Assembly: GCA_976226885.1 (NCBI GenBank)
Contig: OZ320316.1
Span: 84,816,001-84,880,000 of the forward strand
DNA length: 64,000 nucleotides
Source: Iphione sp. A-MEVVRFRX5
Taxonomy: Eukaryota
Direction of reading: 5' to 3'
Under the pieces are notes generated by a model that did not search any database, had not been told where the DNA came from, and worked only from the letters and a program-made list of their open reading frames with translations. The stretch's first letter is position 1. Every line of letters begins with the position of its first letter. This document shows positions 47,892-59,790 of this stretch, one piece after another. The translations under genes were made by a program, and so were the position numbers.

Positions 47892-50800
47892 ACCTTGAAA
47901 TCATGACTTTGGTACTGAAAATAGTGGTCTTAATGGGCGAATGGTCGCCCAAGCCAGTGGTCGCCATGGGCAGAGTCTCTCACATAGACAATGTACTGAA
48001 ATTTGGTTCGTTCTTAGTAAAACTGGTCGCACTGGCCGACTGGTCGCCCTAGGCGACTGGTCGCATGGTGGGGTTCTCCTGTACCACTTTTCAGGTACCA
48101 AAACCAATCATGTATCTGTAACATCGGAAACTCGAACGGAATGCACTCGAATTTGATAATGCCAAATGCACTACATTAGTGAAGAGGTATTGGCTAATTT
48201 TTTCAGCTAATTAATAGAACGGTCAAACCAACATTTCGACTAAGGAAAGTTTCACCGAAAAATGTTTGCAAGTTTTTGCTTACTTCAAATTTCTTTGAGA
48301 TTGAATATTAAAGATACTGGGCTTTCAAATGATATTCGTTATGATAAGAATTTTTAAGTACTAATTAAAAACACAAATATAGAAGGTAAAGATATTGTAC
48401 TATTTAAACACAGCAGTAGTTTCGCACTCGAACGTGGATCTCAGTTCTGGAAGATGTAGCAGACAGGTGGTGCATCTCTTGCATCAGTTTGGACGAGCGG
48501 TAGATTAGCCCTGCCAAATGAGGCCCTGTTGATGGAAATAGAACAGGCATAAAGTGTGCTTGTTTGGCTACTCTTCTCTCTAATCGTGGACTGACAGATT
48601 GTTTCCAACAGGTTCTGGCGCTGCCAAGGAAGGATTCATTATCAACTAGAGTCTGAGCCCAGAGAAAGTAACGTTACCATCCCTGGCACTGTAAAAGAGA
48701 TAAAACGTTTTGCCGACCTTTTTTCGGATTTATTGGTGATGTTATATTCAAGAAATCTTCAAAGTGCTGATAAAAGCTATATTGTTGATGTGCTTACTGA
48801 TGGTGAATAATTGAATCATTATGGCATAATCACTTATATGTGGAATTCTTAGCTGTAGAATAATCTCTTTGTATGAGAGCAACAATACAGGCATAGAGCT
48901 CTATGGAATATGATGTCTGTATTAAGAGTATTTGATTTGCTTTCATTATTTTTAAGTTAAAGACGTTAAAGGAATTCACGATTTACTGTTAATTGTTACG
49001 GGTACACGCTCGAGAAGCTCCCTTCAAAGGCTGTACTGCGATGGGTCTTCTTTGATTCTGTTTACATCAGTCAGTCTAGAAAGGAGACTTTTTTCACAGA
49101 GCTTGAGGACGATCCAAAATGAGTAATAGGTTGAGGCTTTACAGACTATCGGTCGTCTTCATTATTGCACATCGAGAAGAAAGGTCGGATGAAGCGGCAT
49201 TATTGAGATGAGAAAATAACTGGCCATAATATTTGTTAATAATTGTAGCATCTACTGCAGTGAAGAGTAAAATTCGTATTTGGGAAAGTACATACATGAC
49301 TGTATGTCCGACGCGCAGATATCTTCACTTACTTGAAGCAGATTTACGCCTCGCTAGCCTTTCGATACAGACGTGATACAGAAGTCTCTACTGGATGTGG
49401 CCGCACACCCGCTGCGTGTCAGGGCCTTCTGACAGGTGATGACAGGTCATTAAACTTTGACAAATGAAATCAAGTCCAGGTGACAGTTGGAAATGAGGCC
49501 TCCTCAACGCCGGGCCCAAGCTTGTGCTATGCAACTACTGTCATTTCTCTCTTTATTATCCTCAGTAGGAAGAACCGAAGAGGCTTTTCATCAAAGCTCC
49601 CAGATGACACCTAAAAATGACCTCAACAGAGGAGGAATGGCGGGCGAGTGGAGGAACAGAAAGACTCAACTTACGACCTGTCGGGTGCTGACCGCCTCGA
49701 ATTTCAATAAACGCTGATACTATCTGGCATGGAGGCAATAATGATACATTTTATGTTACTATGCAAAAACCACCTGCATCACTAATTGCAGTAACGTGGA
49801 CATTTCATCCTATCTGCCTGCTACAGATGATGTTGCTTTAAATGGTCCATTATGGGGACTACACTTGTCTATGCTCTTTTATATTATATGCACATGTAGT
49901 TACAAATCCTATCAAAAGGTTACTCAGGCTTGTTCATCTCACAAAGGAGCACTCTGGAAGAAGCGATGGTACAGTCTGTCAAAAAATATAGTCTCGTTTA
50001 GCTTTTAAAATGGGCACCATAAAGCTTTCGGCATGCTTCATTAATATTCAGGGGAACCTCTCGCGGTGGGACAACTCGTTTACTATGCTGATCACCTCCG
50101 TTTCCAACAAATGCTGATGCGTTGGGCTCGCCAGCAAGTAAAGATGTTCAACCTTCTGGGTCCGGATACTGGAAACATTCGCTGAGAATATCAAACGACG
50201 GCTGCTCAGTATCTTTCATCACCCTTCCGTACTAGGTCAGCGGGTTCCATTCTGAAAAATGCCCCCCACCTCCCTGTGAACTCCCCGTCCCTTTAATAGA
50301 CTGCCCCCATGGACCCAGCGAGTAGGATGCATAATTACCCTTCGGTGCTACCCTGTCTAGATACTCGTCCGGGTAAATCACCATCAGCATAATTGGGCTT
50401 CTACAACAACTACCCCAGACCTCAACTATTGGCGTCAGGAGGCTGCCGAACAGGTGGCTGTCAATCACAACGCACGCTAAGTACCTGCTGTTTTGACACA
50501 ATGACATAAAGACCTTTTCACGGGCGTCTCTGATGGCCTCAGCAAGAGTAAGCAAAAACGCGCACGCCCCGCTGTGACCGAGCTTTTACATGTTGGCAGA
50601 ACGACCTTTATATACCGAGTAAGCCATAGATGCAAGTATGGATGGCAACATCCAAGCCAATGACTAAAATATGCACACACGCGTAGCTCCATCTCGCGTT
50701 CCATAAGACGATCGTTCCACTTCAAATTTATGGACGTTATTTAGGCACCAATAAGGGCGCAAACATTGCAGGCTGAATTAATGCATAGTTTGAGGCCGAT

Positions 50801-53800
50801 GAAACATTCATCCTCTCGTGATGATATCGTTATCAGATGTCGAAGAAAACGGCATGTGAAAATCAACGTGATGGAAATAACAAAACCATCTTTAGCTACA
50901 CCAACATTGAACACAAATAGTAACAGCGGTATTGAAAGTAACGTGAATATTTACAAGGAAAATCCTGTGTTCAAATTAACAGGAGCATTTTTTACTGAAT
51001 GCAGGTGTTAAAACTTTGTCCACTTGAATACGATATGCCATGAGAGAATACATCACAATGCTTGCACTGCAAATCCTTCGCTACCGTCTGAGCGATGCAA
51101 TTATCACTTTCAGTATACCTTCCTAGTGATGGACGTATGATGTGAATTTATGGTCGTTTTTTATAGCATATCTGCGCCAGGGGACATAAAATCGAAGCCA
51201 TGCGGATCCCTTTAGAAAGACGACCAATGCATCTTTCGATAAATCATGGACCTTAAACATCGTTAAGAGGTGTTCCGTGCATTAACATCAACATATGTAT
51301 TACATTATTATCTGAAAACATGTTGAGGATATATGAAAACATGTGAATAGATGCAAGTAGAAGGTGAAATTAATTGGCCGCAGAATCCCTTGATCCACTC
51401 AGCTATTGAATCATTTGGATCCCTCGCATATAGCTGTGCATGTGAAATAACAATGGCGTAACGATTCCAAGAATCACAAGGTCTTCTTAATTTATGTGCT
51501 TTCTGCCGAAATCCGGAATAAAGAGGAGGACATCGCCCACGTCCTTGGAAGGCTTCAAGATTGGGATAGTGGTTGCTGATGTAGGAAGTGCTGCCTAGCA
51601 ACCGTCCTGAATGTTACATGATGGATTTGCGTCTTTCCATTCTCCCTGCATTGCAAATGGGTTATTCGTCTCCTGTCGGACCTGCGGAATGAGGTTTTGC
51701 CTGGTATAGGCATTTTCTGTGGCTGATATATCAGTGGTCCTTTAGCTCTGACTTGAGGTTAGCAGCCAGCATCAATACCAATCCAGCCTGAGACGCATCC
51801 ATTACTCAGCCCCACCTGTCGGGGCCTCATGATATTAATGGGTCATTAACTGCTGTTTTGTTTTCATCTCGTCATTTGGCTAAACTATCTGCATGAACGT
51901 CACTTGCGGTCATGTCAGTGGTACCGTACAATTAAAAGGAACCTACCAGAACTGGCATTCCAAGGAGGTGCGCGACGTGTTTAAATATTTCTAACAGAGT
52001 TGACCTGTTACTGTGTGTGGGTATGCAAGGGAGGAATAGCAAACGATTCCTCTCCGCTATATTTTGAAAGGAATCTGCCGGTATTCGAGAATGCCCATTA
52101 TTTACTCCATTTCTGGGACAGACAGATAAGACATTAATGTAAATGTGCATGTCAATGGGTACCCGCCCATGCTGTAAAAGCCAGACGAATTTTAGATGCA
52201 ACAACTCGCTCGGCGTACAAACGTTAGAGGCCGTCCTGAGGTTTTCAGCCAGTTGCCCTTTACTTGAGCTGTGAAAAGTCCATTGGTCAGTCACCAATGA
52301 CGACATTAGGGTCATTGACCTTTGCAGCGCTGCCCATCACATCCTTGAATGTCCACTAGCAGATATATATATACGTATATATATACTTGTATATATAGAT
52401 GACACAAGAAACTCTTAGATGTAACTTGCATAAAGTCCACATCATTAGGCCTGAGGCTACCCGGAGATGACTTTTCTGATTTTCATAGATATTCTGTAGT
52501 AAATATAACAGGCCTGCTGCATTTTCTCAGGAGTAGAACGTGGCATCAATCTCTCATCACTGTAATGGCGACTCACCATATTGTGGAATATATTTTTCGT
52601 CTCGATTTTTCGCACCACCGTTAGGGAGTAGAGTTTCACTTGATGTATGTACGTGCGCATCACGATAGTCTAAGTTGTCTACGTTGCATAATACTCCCAT
52701 TTGGAGATATAACATTGCAACGGTCTTAGACGTGTCTCAGACGTTTGGCTGGGTTCCAATAAATAAGTACCATGTTTGATCACAAAAAAGTGTCCAGTAC
52801 ATGATTTGTGTGTTGAATCCAGACGTACGATGCTCCCAATTGCAGAATAAGAGCGGCGTTGATAACATGAAAGCAAGATGTATTCTTCAGCATGGCCATA
52901 AGACACATTCCCCAGTTTGGCGTCCTATAAATGCTGTATTCAAGGGAAAGTCGGCCTTTTCAAACAAGGGAGAACAGACACTTTAGGAGTACACACAATA
53001 CCAGACACCACCTACAACTACTACTCTGCCAACACGAGTAGTCACATCTTTTATGACATGTCTGCAACTTAAATATAGGCTCTGAAACTGTTCTTGTTTT
53101 ACAATCAGATATTCATTTCCATTGGTTTGTGCCTGAAATATACACAGCGTGCCCACCACACAGAAATACTTAAAAATTGATGTTGATCATTCAGCAAGGT
53201 TGAAGTTAATGTTTAAAGTAAGTGTTATTTCCTCAGCACCCAACTTGATGAAATACAAAGACAAAATGCAAATGATTTGGTTGGTAAATTTCAGACAATG
53301 TCTGTTATCTCTGGCAATCCAATTAATATTTGTCCACGTACATGTATATTTGTTTCCCGGAACTAATCTAAGATGCCCAATGTTTATAACAAAGTCGTCT
53401 GGTAGAAACAGAATTTGTCTAAAGCCACATACTGGCCTCCGGTGCTTCCCGAAGTTTTTTCCTGGCACAAATATTACAATTCCCTGTATTTAGACCACTC
53501 ATACGTGATCCATTCATTGGGGACTCGCGGAAAATATTGACAGGTATTTTTTCTCTGTTGCTATCCATACGGGGCAGCCAGCCACCACCTCTGAACACAC
53601 AGAGGAGTGGGGGGAAGAAGACAATGAGGAGTTGGTTTTATTTGTCTCCCGGCACGTTTAAAGCCTGTTTACACTGGAAATCCTCCCTTGCTGAAGGAGA
53701 AGGAGGCAGCATGCACGCCTCTGGAAGATGAGACGACATGAGCACGGGAAACAAAGACGTTATGCAAATAGTACTTGTAAAATGGAAGCAGTGCTGATGG

Positions 53801-55264
53801 CAACGGCGGCTCCATCTCGCGGCCTCTCACAGAGGATGATTACGGAGCTCATTAAGGAGCGAAGGAGTGGGAAAGATAGACGGCCAGTCAGAGAAACAAT
53901 TCGTTTGTTGTCTCCAACGTCTACGATATGTGTCTAAATAATAGCACTCCCTGACAAAAGCATGGTCCAGCAGAGCCCTCTATCTACTTGATGTGATACT
54001 TACACACCTTAACAAGTCCACAATGCATAGATATAGCAACAACTCCTTGGTGATGCTCGTCTGTCTGTACGTAATGAATCTGGGAAAATAGATCCCCCGG
54101 TCCCATTTAACTAATTTATTTCAAGTGTTCCCGTCCCCGCAACATATAGCAATCGCGAAATCTATGGCTTCAATAATACCAGCTACGTGATTTCAGCGTG
54201 CAAACAATTTTTAAAAACTCGATATTTAATGGTGAAAGCTATTCCACCTACCTTACCCAGAGTAAATTATTATAGGGTGATAGAATATTACTGACATTCG
54301 GGAATAAGGAAATGAAGTCGACAACTGCGATGAGGTGATTTTCGAAGTCGGTAGTTTAACACGATATAAACAGACGGTGGGGAAAATTGAATGTCCATAT
54401 GGTCCGTTAGACACAGTGCCCTCCAGGAAGTCTTTAGTGACCTCTGCTGGCCTGACCGAGCGGGTGTGTTTAGTCTGTGCGGCAGGTGAACCCCACCTCA
54501 GCCGACGTTAGTGCCGACTGACCTTGGTTGGGATGTGCGGCTCGCTAACGGCTCATGCAAATCACCCCAAGTCATCGGATGGAGGTCAGCTCAACATTGA
54601 CTATAAACAGAAGAATCGATGGTCGACTGGTTAATCTAAACAATATGGATGCTACATCCAGCCTATCACCTTAAAGCTGCGGAAGCACTCAGACGCGCAG
54701 CTTCACCCGACCACACACTGAGGGTCAGACCCCAGCCAAAGCCCCAGCATTTGTAGCGCAGCGCCACCCTGGAGGATATAGTCAAAGACATTAGGGAGTC
54801 TCCTTTAAGCCGCTTCTACAACGCCACTTCACACTTGATGCCCCGCATGGTCAACGCCATCACGAAGGGGTACGGCAGGCTGGAGTTGATACGGCCAGTT
54901 GCCAGACATCACCAGACGTTGACGTCAAGCCTATCGCTTGACCGGCAGCAAATTTCCCCGAGGAATTGGTGACCAGGGGTCGCCTTGGATACAAAGACCA
55001 TGTAGTGGAGCAATCAGGACCAATGATCGGGCTTAAGCAATGGACCTATGTAATAAATCGCAAGGGTAACGAAAACATACCTCTTATATGGGCATAAATG
55101 GTGTAGGAAGATTTTTGTTTTAAACACGAGAGAAAGTAAAACGTTTCACATGTTCCTGCCCAATAATGACAACAGTGGTTCTCTCAATTATTCCAACAAA
55201 ACGGCGATATAAAATCGATGTCACAAATATGTGGCTACATTTATAAAAAGCACATACTAGTCAG

Positions 55265-55447
55265 TCTAGACAATGACAGGAAACATGTCTCTTTATATTG
55301 CCACCATTTATATCTACACAAAATTTCTAGACAATGACAGGAAACATGTCTCTTTATATTGCCACCATTTATATCTACACAAAATTTCTAGACAATGACA
55401 CGAAACGTGTCTCTTTATATTACCACCATTTATATCTACACAAAATT
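55265..55447 (+). repeat. Tandem repeat, 3 x 61 bp
   Basis: Units start at 55265, 55326 and 55387 (tctagacaatgacaggaaacatgtctctttatattgccaccatttatatctacacaaaatt). Copies 1 and 2 are identical and copy 3 has 3 substitutions. Confidence 0.97.
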
Positions 55448-57559
55448 ATTTTATTTACCTGAGAGGATAGATGAGGATCCATATCTAAACGATGTCATCC
55501 AAGCGAAAATTATTGCAGCTAGAGCTATTTCTTAACATATGTAAAGTGTAAGCGAAATTCTTCCTTATTTCGTTTTACTAGCACTGAATAATACCAGTCA
55601 TTTTCCATTCTTATCTAAATTTATGATTTGAAGTCTAATCCGTGCCGGGGATGAGATCCAATACTATTCTCTACACTTTCAAATATGTCTGAACTTTTGT
55701 ACGAACATGAATGGAACAGAGATACTGGGTAGCAGGTTAAGCCTGCCGAACGCCTCACTTCTCTCTGATCCGACAAGCAATCGCCCTCCTATATCAGGCG
55801 TGTAAAAGCCCATGAAGGCCTGTCAGCACTCACCTGGACTAGCAGAAGTCACATCCAATAAATATCCCTCAAATTGACCACATTATAGCAGGACTCTATC
55901 CGGCAGCCGCGCACTTCCCACGTTATGTTTCTCTGGCATCTATTCTTGCAGTGCTGTTTGGTTCATCTATCTTCATGTACGGACCAAAGAACTGACATCC
56001 GTATGTGTGCACCAACAGCGCCTTTGTGATATTCCGGTAGTTTATGATCACATAGACTTGGTAATGAATGCTGGTTTGGTGGCGTACGGCCTGTCACCTT
56101 TTGCCGGCAGTCTCTTCTCTTCAAATCAAAAGGTTGCAGCGTGAAGCACTAGCCACAAAAACAGACTGAAGGGGGTACGAGACGTGACTGTTCTACCCGG
56201 TTGCATTGGAGACGGGAATAACAGCAGATAGAGAAGGTGGGATTGGTGGTGGGAGGGACAACGCAGAAAAGTCACGGCTGTGAACTCCCACCGCACTGCG
56301 CCTCCCGAAGCGGCGTCGCTTTCGCTCGGCGGGCACCGGAACGAACTGCGCTACCCGGGGCGAAGGCCGCAGCAGGGCCCTGGCCCCATTCGACCCGTCA
56401 CTCAGCACCGGTTCTACACCCCCATGGGCAGGCAAGGCGGAGTCACGGCGCCGCGAATGGCACCTCCACCCCTTGAACGGCCCCACCTACCAACACACCA
56501 ACACATGGATAGCAGAGACCCTGTGACACGCCAAGACCTCCCATCGACTAGGAGACTGGTCCGCTGCAAGAGGTCAGCAGTCGCACATCTATTTTCCCTC
56601 ATCTTTGCACCCTAGCTCTCCCGCCGAGGCACTACTGCAGTCTGGGGATCAGACGGGATGAGCAAAGGCCCACACCAGATTAGTCTCGCGACATTTGCGT
56701 TCTGGCTTTCCTCGCGTTCGTTCTAAGTGGCAGGTGCGACTGTTCGGACCAGTTGTGTGGGGCAGTATAATTTTCTTGATCCCTCTCCCACCGTTGTGCC
56801 CCTTTAAGCATTGCCCCGGGCAAATATCACTGACTTATCACCAATTTTGCCATACAATTATACAGTTATCTTCAAGGAACCAATGTATATGTATAAACGT
56901 GTAATTATGATGCTCAGAGCAAACATGAAGAGTAAGGCCCCTATCACATGTGTGCGTTTTTTTATATGTGACATGGCCATGGATCCATACACATATTTTA
57001 CCCAGCCAATACTAAAACCCTAGAGCATTCAGATGTACACGTATACATGTATGTATTTGTCTACAGACGCCCTATGAATACACATGCGTATGAACTGGTC
57101 CAGGACGGGTTTCCTATGCCTACGGATGCGTAGTCCGGTGAAAGACATCTAGTTTTACATAACAGTACACTCAATAGGAGGCATTCTACGTCTCCAGATC
57201 CGTAGACATAATTTTCGTCGTATTGCATATGGATACTTACGGTAGGCCACTAACTCCATGCTATTTCAACATTGCTTGTTGCCTACTGGTTATGCTACGT
57301 AGGGCGAAGTGCTGGAGTAGCGAAGGGCTCTCATATTCAATAACTTTATTGTGTACCAGGGAATTCACTTGGAATAGTGAGGGTACTTGATTAGTGGGGC
57401 TTTGGGATAGCGAGCGGCTACTGTGCTTATTATGTGCACGGAATCAGCATACACATTCAAATCACATATAATGAGAAGTTCACTGGCTAAGATGCTCTCT
57501 TTGGCCCACTTACAATGTGTATGGACTTTTTCTCTGGTCTCCACCTACATGTGTAAGGG

Positions 57560-57905
57560 GAAAAACAAACAAAGCAGGAAGTATGATGCCATTTCCATGT
57601 GTACAGGTGTAGTGGATTCCATGGTGGGGAGTCCATAGGCATGTTGTCTGTAAATTTCTCTGGACTTTGGAGACCTACATGGACCAGTAGAAGATTGAAA
57701 TGAAAGTTTAAAGAAGGTAGAACGTTGTCTAGACATATGTTAGATGATGTAAAATTGTATATACATGTAATTTGCATAGATACCTTAAATTTCTACCACT
57801 ATTCTTTAATCTCCAGAAAAAAACCCCACAAAGTCTACAATATGCTTCAATCTCCACGAAAACCACAAATTTCCATTGCTATGCTTCAATCTCCATGAAA
57901 ACAAG
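57560..57905 (-). repeat. Dispersed repeat family, copy 3 (inverted)
   Basis: The reverse complement reads ttttcatggagattgaagcatagcaatggaaatttgtggttttcgtggagattgaagcat..., with tail ctatgcaaattacatgtatatacaattttacatcatctaac. Boundaries approximate. Confidence 0.72.
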
Positions 57906-57993
57906 AGTGTGGACCTGTGAGGTCTATTGTCCCCCACCATCAACTGCCCATTAAGATGGGGGGGGAGAAGGGGAGAGAAAGAGAGAGAAATGA

Positions 57994-58017
57994 GTGTGTG
58001 TGTGTGTGTGTGTGTGT
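57994..58017 (+). repeat. (GT)12 microsatellite
   Basis: Direct reading. Confidence 0.95.
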
Positions 58018-59751
58018 AGTATCTCTCTTTCCTTACAACCACCTTGATTGGCAGCTTGTTTTGGGGGTAGTTGGCTAGACTTGTTTGTTTAAGTCCTTCA
58101 GGTTTACAACTCTCAGTTCTGCCTGACCGGGCACAGCCCCCTCGGTTCTGCCTCACTGAGCACCAGACTGCTACAAACCCTCGGTTCTGCATGACTGAGC
58201 ACTGAGTGTGTATGTATGTGCATTGTCAGACCTAGGAACCCCTGAACCAGGTATGTATGTTTGTAGGTGTGTTAGGAAAAGAGTAAAATTGGCATAATTT
58301 CATCTTCAAAATATTTGAATTACTACTAAAATTACCCAGTGCCATGGGGCCATATATACCAATATCATATATTAAAATCAGTTTTTTTGACTGAAGGGTT
58401 TAAGACTTATAAGACCCACAAGAGTGTGATGGATGGTCGGGACACCAGCTGGCAGCATTCCTAATGTCCCCCCCTCTATGAGGCGGGGGACAAAAACACA
58501 CAAAAAGAACACACACATACACACACATGAGACATGAGTTTCTGGCCATTCCTTACTGTTCCTGACCCGTATACATGCAAAGCACCCTGCCGTGCCCTTC
58601 TGGAAGGGTCTGGAATACAAGTGAAATCTTCTTGACTCTTCCATATACAGAAAAAAACCCCACATGCATGGAAAACGGGCCTTTCTCTGATATACGTAGG
58701 ACCAAAACCTCTTGTAAAATATTCTCAGCTATCAAGTAAGGCTATTTGAACTTGATTTAAGCGCAAGTACTATTTAAAACAACGAACTGGATCCATGAAT
58801 TATCTAGAATCTTATCCAAATTGGATATCTAAAGATTTTTATGGATAATAATGTTTTGTTTTATTTGAAAATACATTTGTTACTTCGTGTTGTTAGATAT
58901 ATGGAGAAATGACTCCTACAAACGGAACTAATTGGTTCTAATAAGAACTTGCCTTTAATTAGCTATGAAATGCACAGTGATCAACCAATCAAAGTCACTA
59001 TTCTTTTCATTATGCTTTAAAATAACAGAAGTAAAACAAAACCCTTAGTACCAAACATATTGCCTTTCAGCAGTCTTCTCATCATGCGATTAACTTGATT
59101 ACACGAAAGGACCTGTGTAAATGAAACAGAATGCCGCGGCAGAAAGAGAAACATGACGGACTGGAGGAGCTGTAGGGGGAGGGGGCAGAGCGATGAAATT
59201 CGGTTCTTTTTCTCCTATTGTCTGGTGTGTACTTGTGAAGCAACCTCGGGTGGCTTCCAGGGTGGTTGCTGTGCGGATACAGTCGTGCGCAAAGTGCGGT
59301 GATTACCGGCAGTGGGTGGTGATCATGCCTCATTAAGGTGCATGAAGCCAGCTCATCTGGTGCTTCTACACTTGACGAAATCCCACTCGCGTGCCGCACG
59401 GGCCGTACCTGACCTGGTGCCGGTGGCCGCCATGAAATGATGAGAATTTTTCCAGATGCCACCGCTTGACCAATCGACCATGCGCTTCATTTACCCTGCC
59501 AAGGCCAGTGGGTCATGCCCTTCTCTGTTCGACGGCGTCACCAACCTGATGTCTATGGTTGGAACCACCGCCTTGGGGACCTAAAGGACATCTCAAAAGA
59601 TCCCAGGACATTTGACTGAAACAAGAAACAAGGCTAGGGAGAGAATAGTTGGCCGTCCGAAAGTTGGTCCGTAAAATTCGTTTGAAAGAATGAACGATGC
59701 AGGTAGTGGTCTTATGCTCATATTTCTGCACATTCCTGTAGAGGGCCGTGC

Positions 59752-59753
<2 letters not shown>

Positions 59754-59786
<33 letters not shown>
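59754..59786 (+). repeat. (TG)16 microsatellite
   Basis: Direct reading. Confidence 0.95.

Positions 59787-59790
<4 letters not shown>

Larger units (their letters stand above)
47156..48081. mobile_element. Non-autonomous Tc1/mariner/pogo-type MITE (926 bp) with TA target-site duplication
   Basis: TA at 47154-55 and 48082-83. The left end CAGGAGAACCCGCCTAATGCGACCA matches the reverse complement of the right end CAGGAGAACCCCACCATGCGACCA. Multiple subterminal TGGTCGC motifs. A perfect 15-bp inverted repeat lies at 47167-47181 / 47200-47214. No transposase ORF. Confidence 0.85.

Noticed and set aside
47603-48052. 149-aa ORF with 28-aa periodicity
   Set aside because: It is a by-product of the 84-bp minisatellite inside a MITE and is not transposase-like.
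52364-52385. 22-bp perfect palindrome tatatatatacgtatatatata
   Set aside because: It is a low-complexity (TA)n run interrupted by CG, so the symmetry is trivial.
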